Shown one piece after another: positions 25,969 to 32,496 of a stretch of 32,496 nt of DNA (its first letter is position 1; the number at the start of each line of letters is the position of its first letter). This DNA comes from Gemmatimonadaceae bacterium (GTDB lineage Bacteria > Gemmatimonadota > Gemmatimonadetes > Gemmatimonadales > Gemmatimonadaceae): assembly GCA_040902005.1 (NCBI GenBank), contig JBBDYA010000058.1:1-32496 (forward strand). The letters run 5' to 3'. The notes under the pieces are model-generated. The model was not told the origin of the DNA. It did not search any database and saw only the letters and a program-made list of their open reading frames with translations. A program made the position numbers and the translations under genes.

Positions 25969-27234
25969 TCAGGCCAGCAGTCGCCGGGCCGTATCCATCG
26001 CCGCCTGCGCGGCGCGATATCGCACTTCCTGACGGTCGCCCCAGCTGTGAATCTGTCGCGCCTCTACGCGCTCACCCGCGGCCACGCAGATCCAGACCGT
26101 GCCCACGGGCTTCGCCGGCGTCCCGCCGCCGGGGCCCGCGACGCCGGTAATCGCCAGGGCGGCGTCCGCGCGAAACCGCCGGCGCGCGCCGAGCGCCATC
26201 TGCCGGACCACCGGCTCGCTCACCGCGCCGTGCTCGCGCAACATGGCCTCCGCCACATCGAGTTCCCGCACCTTCACCGCATCATCGTACGCGATCACGC
26301 CGCCCACGAACACGTCACTCGAACCCGGGATCGCGGTGAGTCGCGCGCCCAGCAGGCCGCCCGTGCAGCTCTCCGCCACCGCGATCCGCCAGTCGCGGGC
26401 GCGGCAGGCGGCCAGCAGCACGCGCGCGAGGTCGTCGTCTCCCTCCGCATAGATGCACCCCGCGATCGCCGCGCGGATGGCTGCGGCGGCGTGATCGAGC
26501 GCGGCTGCTGCCGCGGATGAGTCGTGCCCGCGCACCGTGAGGCGCAGGTCCACGCCGTCCACGCCGGGCAGGTACGCGAGCGACAGGCGCGCCAGCGGGG
26601 AGGAACCGGCGCTCAGCACCACGCCCGACAGCTGATCCTGCAACAGGGACTCGGGCGTGCCGGTGGTGCGAAGGGTGAGCGACGTGATGCATTCGCCGGC
26701 CCCCCAGCCCTTCTCCCGCAGCAGCGGCAGCAGCGCATCGTGCGTCATCCCCCGCATCTCGCGCGGCACGCCGGGCAGCACGACCGCCCAGCGCTCGCGA
26801 TCGTCCGCGATATACGCACCCGGCGCCGACCCGTGATGATTCATCAGCTTCCTGGCACCGCGCGGCAACATCGCCTGCCGGCGGTTGGACTCCGGCAGGT
26901 CGCGCTCGAAGCGCTGTTTCCACCGGTCGCGCATCCAGTCCAGGTGCGCGCGGTCCAGCTCGAGCGCCACGCCGAAGGCGAGCGCGACGGACTCCATCGT
27001 CAGATCGTCCGAGGTGGGACCCAGCCCGCCGGTGGTGATGACGGCGCCGGTGCGGTGCAGCGCCTCGCGAACCGCGTCCGCGATCGCGTCGCGGGAATCA
27101 CCAACGGTCGTGCGACGCGCGACCCCGATGCCCTGCTCCGCCAGCCGCTGCGACAGGAACGCGCTGTTGGTATCAACGGTGAACCCCAGCAGCAGCTCGT
27201 CGCCGATCGTGACCAGCTCCACCTCGTTCGTCAT
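25969..27234 (-). CDS. cinA: competence/damage-inducible protein CinA (MoCF-like domain + PncC NMN deamidase)
   Basis: IGDELLLG...DTN, TGGLGPTSDDLT, LPGVPREM, AESCTGG, GAVSE and ITGVAGPGGG. Confidence 0.95.
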   Translation of the reverse strand: MTNEVELVTIGDELLLGFTVDTNSAFLSQRLAEQGIGVARRTTVGDSRDAIADAVREALHRTGAVITTGGLGPTSDDLTMESVALAFGVALELDRAHLDWMRDRWKQRFERDLPESNRRQAMLPRGARKLMNHHGSAPGAYIADDRERWAVVLPGVPREMRGMTHDALLPLLREKGWGAGECITSLTLRTTGTPESLLQDQLSGVVLSAGSSPLARLSLAYLPGVDGVDLRLTVRGHDSSAAAAALDHAAAAIRAAIAGCIYAEGDDDLARVLLAACRARDWRIAVAESCTGGLLGARLTAIPGSSDVFVGGVIAYDDAVKVRELDVAEAMLREHGAVSEPVVRQMALGARRRFRADAALAITGVAGPGGGTPAKPVGTVWICVAAGERVEARQIHSWGDRQEVRYRAAQAAMDTARRLLA

Positions 27235-27262
27235 TCCGGAAAACTACCGAACCCGTGGCGCG

Positions 27263-28615
27263 CTATTTCCCGAATGCCCATCGCGTCCACACCACCACCG
27301 CGCCGCAGATCGCGGACTCGCGGTCCAGGCCGCGGAACTGCATGGGCACCACGGACGGGCGCGGGAAGAACTCGATCACCATGATTTCCCGCGGGTGAAT
27401 CATGTTGAGCGCGGCGACGGCCATGCGGGCGCCGTCAACCCAGACACTCGCCGTGCACTGCCCGCCCCGCCCGTCGGAGGTGAGGAGCGCGAAATCCCCC
27501 TGCTGGCGCACCATGGTTGCGCCGGGCATCTCCCTGAGCGCCGTCTCCAGCGACGCGTGCGCCGCCAGCTCGGTCATGTCCATGGTGTACCCGAACCCGG
27601 TTTTCCGGCGCTCCTCGAGTTGCTCCGCGATGACCCGACCGCGATTCGTTCCGATGACGCGAACGACATCGAGGGTGGTCACGCGCCGCAGTTGATGGGT
27701 GACGCCGGCCGACATCCCGGGGAACACGTCCACCGTGGTCACGAGCGGCATGGTGCCCAGCGAGAGGATCTGCACGCGTCGCGTTCCCGCCGGCACGTGG
27801 TGGAAGGCGAATCGGCCCTCACCATCCGTGCGGGTTTCGAGCGAATCATCGACGATGACCCGCGCTTCCGAATAGGGATATCCATTCTCGTCGGTGAGCA
27901 CGCCCGCGATCCTGCCAAAGTGCGCGGAGTCCACCGATGCCGGCGCGATCAGGAGGTTGCGGCGCTCCACGAGCAGGTTGTGCGGCGGCAGATCGACCGT
28001 GCCCTGCTCCCCGGATGCCGTGCTCGCCTCCAGGCGAAACCAGTGCGGCATGGGAACGCCGCACACCACATACGTGCCGTTCGCGTTCGACCGCGTTTCC
28101 ACCCGATGCCGTCGCTGGCGCACGCCGTTCTGCTTGTCGTAGGTCGTCTCGATCCACGACAGCTCGACGGTGGCGTCGGCCACCGGCCCCCGGCCGGCCG
28201 CTTCACTGATCGTGCCGTACACGAACCCGGAATCGCGTTTCGGCGCGCCGTCACACGCGGCCGCCCACAGCGTCCGAAACGATGGGAACGCGAGCACAAC
28301 GTTGGCGCTTCCCGTCGTGATCGCGAACTGCCGCGCAAATCCGTGAAACCCGATGGAATCGAGCGACGCATGCTGCACCTGGAAGGTGCGTGGTCCCGGT
28401 GGGACGCTGTCGAACTCGAAGCGGCCGCGGGCATCCGTGGTGACGCGACGGTCGAGCCCCGCGATCATGATCACCGCCTCCGCGAGCGGGCCGCCCCGCA
28501 GACTGTCGAAGGCAACGCCCTTTACCGTGACCGGCACCGTCGTCGAATCCTGCCCGGACGCCGGAAGCGCCAGGGCCGCGCCGAGAAGCAATATTGTATA
28601 CAATTTCGACGGCAT
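27263..28615 (-). CDS. secreted protein with three carboxypeptidase-regulatory-like domains and a TonB plug-like domain, no barrel
   Basis: Signal peptide; TDARGRF / SNANGTY / TDGEGRF repeats; C-terminal VWVDG...IEFF...CGAVVVWTR. Confidence 0.78.
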   Translation of the reverse strand: MPSKLYTILLLGAALALPASGQDSTTVPVTVKGVAFDSLRGGPLAEAVIMIAGLDRRVTTDARGRFEFDSVPPGPRTFQVQHASLDSIGFHGFARQFAITTGSANVVLAFPSFRTLWAAACDGAPKRDSGFVYGTISEAAGRGPVADATVELSWIETTYDKQNGVRQRRHRVETRSNANGTYVVCGVPMPHWFRLEASTASGEQGTVDLPPHNLLVERRNLLIAPASVDSAHFGRIAGVLTDENGYPYSEARVIVDDSLETRTDGEGRFAFHHVPAGTRRVQILSLGTMPLVTTVDVFPGMSAGVTHQLRRVTTLDVVRVIGTNRGRVIAEQLEERRKTGFGYTMDMTELAAHASLETALREMPGATMVRQQGDFALLTSDGRGGQCTASVWVDGARMAVAALNMIHPREIMVIEFFPRPSVVPMQFRGLDRESAICGAVVVWTRWAFGK

Positions 28616-28726
28616 GCTATACCATACCACCAAATCGTACCGGTCCGCGAGCCCCCCGCCGCACGCGGGGTCCCGCTCGTGCCCTGCCAATCTTCATGCT
28701 CGCCTGCGAGCGCAGGCGGTTGCGGT

Positions 28727-29362
28727 TCAGTTGGCGCGGGCCGGTGTGCGCAGCAGGTGGCCGTAGTTCCGCATGTAGATGTACAGCGAGTACAGCGTGA
28801 GGACGATTGCGAGCAGCATGGACGCGACGCCGATGCTGCCGAGCGTCTGCCCCGCCCAGCCGAACCCGGGCGCCGGGCCGCCGCGCTGGCTCTCGACCGT
28901 CGCGACCCAGAACCAGCAGTACGCCGCGCCCGACCAGACCTGCTGCACGCCGGTCTTCCATTTCGCGGGCCAGATCGCCTCGATGATCACTCCACGCCGC
29001 GATGCGAACTGGCGAAACCAGGTCATCGTGATCTCACGCCCCAGGATGATCGCCACGACCCACCAGGGAAGGTCGTAGACGCCAACCGGCGTCCGAAACG
29101 GCATCTGGTGAGCGAGGAAAAACATTGGCACGAACGTGCCCACCAGCAGCAGCTTGTCCGCGAGCGGATCCAGCATGCGCCCCAGATCCGTTTCCTGCTG
29201 GCGGCTGCGCGCCAGATGGCCGTCGAACCAATCCGAGATCGCCGCCGCGAGAAAGAGCAGAAAGGCCGCGAGCCGCGCCGATGCCGTGGGCACGAACGGC
29301 AGCGCCGCGATGGCCGGCGTGACGACGATGCGCGCGACGGTGAGCCCGTTGGGAAGGTTCAT
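28727..29362 (-). CDS. pgsA: CDP-diacylglycerol--glycerol-3-phosphate 3-phosphatidyltransferase
   Basis: NLPNGLT and DWFDGHLAR...GRMLDPLADK (CDP-alcohol phosphotransferase motif); near cinA. Confidence 0.88.
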   Translation of the reverse strand: MNLPNGLTVARIVVTPAIAALPFVPTASARLAAFLLFLAAAISDWFDGHLARSRQQETDLGRMLDPLADKLLLVGTFVPMFFLAHQMPFRTPVGVYDLPWWVVAIILGREITMTWFRQFASRRGVIIEAIWPAKWKTGVQQVWSGAAYCWFWVATVESQRGGPAPGFGWAGQTLGSIGVASMLLAIVLTLYSLYIYMRNYGHLLRTPARAN

Positions 29363-29371
29363 GCACTCAGG

Positions 29372-30049
29372 TCAGGCAAGCGACTTCAGCACCAGCTTCG
29401 ACACCGCCTTGAGCGTCTCGAACACGCCCTCGCCCGTGACCGCGACGGCCTCGAAGTACTGGGCTCGCTCCACCCAGTGGCCATCGGTGTTCTGTTCGAT
29501 CAGGTTCTCGCCGGCGTGGTACGGGTCGGGCGTCACGCGCTGTTTCGCGGGATCGGTGAGTTCCCAGCCGGGATTCATCGCGGCCTGGAGATCCTTCACG
29601 GGCGCGGCGTTCGGCAGGTCGCGCTTGTTGTACTGAATCACGAACGGCATGTTCGTGAGGTCGTACCCGTATTCGGCCATGTTGTCGTACAGGTTCTGCA
29701 TGGCTTCCTGATTCGCCTCCATGCGCTCCAGTTGCGAATCGCCGACGAACACGATGCCGTCCACGCCCTTGAGGATCAGCTTGCGGCTGGCGTTGTAGTA
29801 GACCTGTCCGGGAACCGTATACAGGTGGAATCGGGTCTTGAAGCCGCGGATGCTCCCGAGGTCCACCGGCAGGAAGTCGAAGAAGAGCGTGCGCTCGGTT
29901 TCGGTGGCGAGCGAGATCAGCTTGCCGCGGGTATCCGGTGTGACCTTGCCGTACACGTGCTCCAGGTTCGACGTCTTGCCGCCGAGTCCGGGGCCGTAGT
30001 AGACAATCTTGCAGTTGATCTCGCGTGACGCGTAGTTGATCATCGACAT
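29372..30049 (-). CDS. mglA: MglA small Ras-like GTPase
   Basis: [28 protein letters not shown] and NKRD; paired with mglB. Confidence 0.96.
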   Translation of the reverse strand: MSMINYASREINCKIVYYGPGLGGKTSNLEHVYGKVTPDTRGKLISLATETERTLFFDFLPVDLGSIRGFKTRFHLYTVPGQVYYNASRKLILKGVDGIVFVGDSQLERMEANQEAMQNLYDNMAEYGYDLTNMPFVIQYNKRDLPNAAPVKDLQAAMNPGWELTDPAKQRVTPDPYHAGENLIEQNTDGHWVERAQYFEAVAVTGEGVFETLKAVSKLVLKSLA

Positions 30050-30061
30050 AGCTGGTCTCCG

Positions 30062-30550
30062 CTACTGGAACAGCTTGTCGATCTCGTCGTCGGCGCCGGC
30101 GAGAAGGTTGGGTTTCGACGCGCCACCCGCCGCGCCGCGCGAGAACACCTGCTCGAACAGCCTGGCCAACTCGGCGACGGTTTCCTTCGTCTTGAGACGC
30201 ACGAGCCCCAGCGTGGTGCGGTTGTCGAACAGCACCACCAGGATCACTCGCCGGGCGACGTCGGCGAGGTACATCGATTCCTTCTCGCCCTGGTGAAAGA
30301 GCGAGTTGAAATCGTTCTCGCCAATCAGCTTGGCCAACTGGTCGTTGGCGCTGAAGTCGGCGGCAGTGAGCGTCGCGAACGTGGTCGGGTCGAACTTCGG
30401 CTGTTCGCCCACGGTGGCCACGAGCTGACCGGTCCGGTCCACCAGCATCGCGCAACGGGCATTGCTGTCGCGCAGGAAACCCTGCAGCGACTGCGTGATC
30501 GCCCCGAAATCCTCTTCAGTAAAGGACCAGCTTGCACTTCCCACTGGCAT
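30062..30550 (-). CDS. mglB: MglB roadblock/LC7 protein (GAP for MglA)
   Basis: LVDRTGQLV, LAKLIGENDF...HQGE, LVVLFDNRTTLGLVRL and the C-terminal DDEIDKLF helix. Confidence 0.93.
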   Translation of the reverse strand: MPVGSASWSFTEEDFGAITQSLQGFLRDSNARCAMLVDRTGQLVATVGEQPKFDPTTFATLTAADFSANDQLAKLIGENDFNSLFHQGEKESMYLADVARRVILVVLFDNRTTLGLVRLKTKETVAELARLFEQVFSRGAAGGASKPNLLAGADDEIDKLFQ

Positions 30551-30618
30551 CCTGGGTGAGTGGAAGGAAAGGAAGGAGGCCGCGGGTGCCCGGGCCGCCC
30601 GGCGCACCAGAGCCGAAT

Positions 30619-30891
30619 CTACACCAGATGCTCCTGCACGCGATGGAGCAGCTTCTGCGCGCGCTTGCGGAGCAGTGGCTGGGATTCCCAGCGCACGTAC
30701 TCGGTCAGCAAGCGCACGGTCTCGATCCCGGGGTGACCGCCCAGGTATCCAAGCGCCGCGAACCGCTTGATCGGATTGCGGCTGAAGAGGTCGCGCCGAC
30801 TCCGGTTCATCTGCATGCTCCAGACAAGGAGTCCCGCGACCACTCCGCCGACGAACCCCGCGGCCACCAGGCCGCCGTGGCGGGCACGCAT
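30619..30891 (-). CDS. hypothetical 90-aa protein with N-terminal TM and HEAT-like helical pair
   Basis: Abuts the recR stop; hydrophobic N-terminus; PIKRFAALGYLG...E...LRKRA pattern. Confidence 0.72.
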   Translation of the reverse strand: MRARHGGLVAAGFVGGVVAGLLVWSMQMNRSRRDLFSRNPIKRFAALGYLGGHPGIETVRLLTEYVRWESQPLLRKRAQKLLHRVQEHLV

Positions 30892-31479
30892 CTACATCGC
30901 CCTCCGCGCGGACAACGCCTGCGCGATGGACGCGCCGTCCGCATACTCGAGATCGCCCCCCACCGGCAGGCCCCGCGCGATGCGGGTCACGGTCACGGAC
31001 GATCGCGACAGCTCGCGCTGGACGTATACCGCCGTTGCTTCGCCTTCAAGACTTGGATTCGTTGCCACGATCACCTCTCGGACATCACCGTTCGAGACGC
31101 GCCCCACGAGCGCCACCACATTCAGATCCTCTGGACCAACGCCATCCAGGGGCGCCAGCCGCCCGCCCAGCACATGATATACCCCGCGAAATTCTCCGGC
31201 CCGTTCGATCGCGCCGATGTCCGACGGCTCCTCCACCACGCACAACAGCGACTGATCGCGTCGAGGATCCCGGCAGATCTCGCACACCGCGTCCTCCGAC
31301 AGGTTGAAACACCGTTCACACGGCCGCACCCGTTCGCTCAGCGTGAGCAGCGACTCGGCGAGCCGGCGGCTCTGCTCCTTGGACTGCTTCAACAGGAAAT
31401 AGGTCAGCCGGAGCGCGGTCTTTCGCCCAATCCCCGGCAGTTTGGACAATTCGGAGGCCAGATCATCGATCGCGGACAA
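30892..31479 (-). CDS. recR: recombination mediator RecR
   Basis: LPGIGRKTALR HhH, C4 zinc finger, Toprim domain (ATNPSLEGEAT) and GGDLEYAD. Confidence 0.97.
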   Translation of the reverse strand: MSAIDDLASELSKLPGIGRKTALRLTYFLLKQSKEQSRRLAESLLTLSERVRPCERCFNLSEDAVCEICRDPRRDQSLLCVVEEPSDIGAIERAGEFRGVYHVLGGRLAPLDGVGPEDLNVVALVGRVSNGDVREVIVATNPSLEGEATAVYVQRELSRSSVTVTRIARGLPVGGDLEYADGASIAQALSARRAM

Positions 31480-31531
31480 GGCCGTGTGAGTTTGAACGTG
31501 AAAGTGCGCGCCGGACGTTAACAGAGGACGG

Positions 31532-31849
31532 CTAGAACGGCAGCTTGAAGGGGAGGTCCATGCCGCCCATCATCCCGCCCATCCGCGCCTGCGCCTGCTC
31601 CTGCGCCTTCCGCTGGGCTTCCGATGCCGCGACGGTGACCAGGTCCTCCAGCATCTCCACATCAGCCGGATTGACCACGGACGGATCGATCTTCACGCTC
31701 TTGACCATCCCCTGCCCGTTGGCCTCGACGGTAACCATCCCGCCCCCTGCCGTGCCGGTGACGGTCATGGCCTGAAGCTCCTCGCCGATCTTCTTCATGT
31801 TGCCCTGCATCTCCTGCGCTTGTTGCAGGAGCTTCATCATGTCTTTCAT
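31532..31849 (-). CDS. ybaB: YbaB/EbfC nucleoid-associated protein
   Basis: QAQEMQ...GTAGGGMVTV...DVEMLEDLV; lies between dnaX and recR. Confidence 0.95.
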   Translation of the reverse strand: MKDMMKLLQQAQEMQGNMKKIGEELQAMTVTGTAGGGMVTVEANGQGMVKSVKIDPSVVNPADVEMLEDLVTVAASEAQRKAQEQAQARMGGMMGGMDLPFKLPF

Positions 31850-31894
31850 GACACGTAACCTACTGACTGCACAGCAGTTAGTGCAATGCCCTGA

Positions 31895-31977
31895 AGTTCT
31901 CGGCCCGCGCCTATCGGCGCGGTAGGTTCTCGGCCCGCGCCTTCGGCGCGGTAAGCCTACAACTGCGGCCGAGAACT
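31895..31977. repeat. tandem pair of ~30-nt palindromic units plus a terminal inverted repeat (REP/BIME-like)
   Basis: GTTCTCGGCCCGCGCCTATCGGCGCGGTAG (31896-31925) and GTTCTCGGCCCGCGCCTTCGGCGCGGTAA (31926-31954); GGCCGAGAACT (31967-31977) is the reverse complement of 31895-31905. Confidence 0.85.
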
Positions 31978-31978
31978 G

Positions 31979-32496
31979 CTAGTCAGCAAGCTCGAGATCC
32001 AGTACCTCCACGGCCCCGTCGAGCGTGGGATGCTTTCGGCGCAGGTTGTTCAGTCGCTGCGACCTGGCCATTTCATCGGTCATGCGGACCTGCTTTCCGC
32101 CACCGGTCGCCGTGGGCGCGCTTTCCCGGTGCAGCCCCACGCTCGTGATTCCGGTGAACCACTCCGCGAGTATCGCCAGCAGGTCACCCCTCGCCTGCTC
32201 GATGGCCTTCGCGTGAAAGTCGTTGTCTTCATCGAGCGTGATGGCAAGATCGCCGGCCCTGGTGATCGCGTGCGGCGCTGAAGACTCCAGCGCGGCCGCA
32301 AGCAAGGCCTTGCCGGACAGACGCACCCGGCTCACGAGTTCATCCCAACGACCCGTGATCGCCGTGATGTCCGGTACGGCCTTCGCGGCCGCGCGCGGCT
32401 CCGCGCGCTCGCGCGCTGGTGTGGCCGCGGCTGGCGTCGCCGCCAGGCACGCGGGTGCACTGGCGGAAGCCTTCCGCGACCGGGGGGGGGCCCCGG
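31979..32496 (-). CDS. dnaX: C-terminal part of DNA polymerase III gamma/tau (gene starts beyond the window)
   Basis: Frame is open to the window edge; Ala/Pro linker then RWDELV...HPTLDGAVEVLDLEL; dnaX-ybaB-recR order. The AAA+ domain is not visible, so the call rests largely on synteny. Confidence 0.75.
   Translation of the reverse strand, partial: GAPPRSRKASASAPACLAATPAAATPARERAEPRAAAKAVPDITAITGRWDELVSRVRLSGKALLAAALESSAPHAITRAGDLAITLDEDNDFHAKAIEQARGDLLAILAEWFTGITSVGLHRESAPTATGGGKQVRMTDEMARSQRLNNLRRKHPTLDGAVEVLDLELAD

Noticed and set aside
26885..30028. 1047-aa plus-strand ORF and other long antisense ORFs (e.g. 5245..6927, 16101..17816, 23977..25350, most of 8246..10084)
   Set aside because: They are shadows of well-supported opposite-strand genes, have no motifs, and are expected at this GC content.
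30551..30618. Hairpin (30585-30608) plus pyrimidine-rich tract upstream of mglB as a riboswitch or attenuator
   Set aside because: The hairpin is real but short, GC-rich and matches no aptamer I recognise, so it is too weak to call.
31895..31977. Possible mini-CRISPR array or SRP RNA (ffs) near dnaX
   Set aside because: The two units abut with no spacer, no cas genes are present, and I could not find the conserved SRP domain IV motif.
32481..32494. G9/C9 homopolymer in dnaX as a programmed frameshift or phase-variation site
   Set aside because: The frame stays open, the run lies at the window edge in a Pro/Ala linker, and it is not the A-rich slippery type known for dnaX. Similar G/C runs occur elsewhere in the window (e.g. 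~7889-7898).

Overview
This is a very GC-rich, densely coding bacterial chromosomal window with about 33 genes. Gene content and order suggest Gemmatimonadota (inference, not a database result). The right end is a housekeeping block on the minus strand: dnaX (3' part), ybaB, recR, a small membrane ORF, mglB, mglA, pgsA, an inserted plug-domain gene and cinA, followed by an nfeD-flotillin pair. The rest is mostly envelope and secreted functions: five exported peptidases/hydrolases (M15D, M23, M20, M28, CocE/S15), PspC, FKBP, an SH3b lipoprotein, a dCache-HAMP-GGDEF cyclase, a PepSY-TM protein, a YfaP-like lipoprotein, a solo HNH nuclease, grpE-dnaJ without dnaK, and a tripartite tricarboxylate transporter. 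I found no rRNA, tRNA, CRISPR array, integrase or transposase. The most unusual items are: (1) a TctC-TctB fusion giving a two-gene TTT; (2) a membrane pseudokinase lacking all catalytic motifs, with an 11-residue-repeat coiled coil; (3) two paralogous secreted proteins carrying a TonB-plug-like domain but no barrel; (4) an MglA with a ~30-aa insertion beside an uncharacterised TM/helical-repeat ORF; (5) a 32-codon Rossmann-motif ORF, absent from the ORF track, coupled to the M20 peptidase; (6) an M28 peptidase fused to an unknown HDHRH domain; (7) a REP-like structured repeat between dnaX and ybaB; and (8) a recurring leaderless-promoter signature. All calls come from reading motifs by eye; no searches were run.
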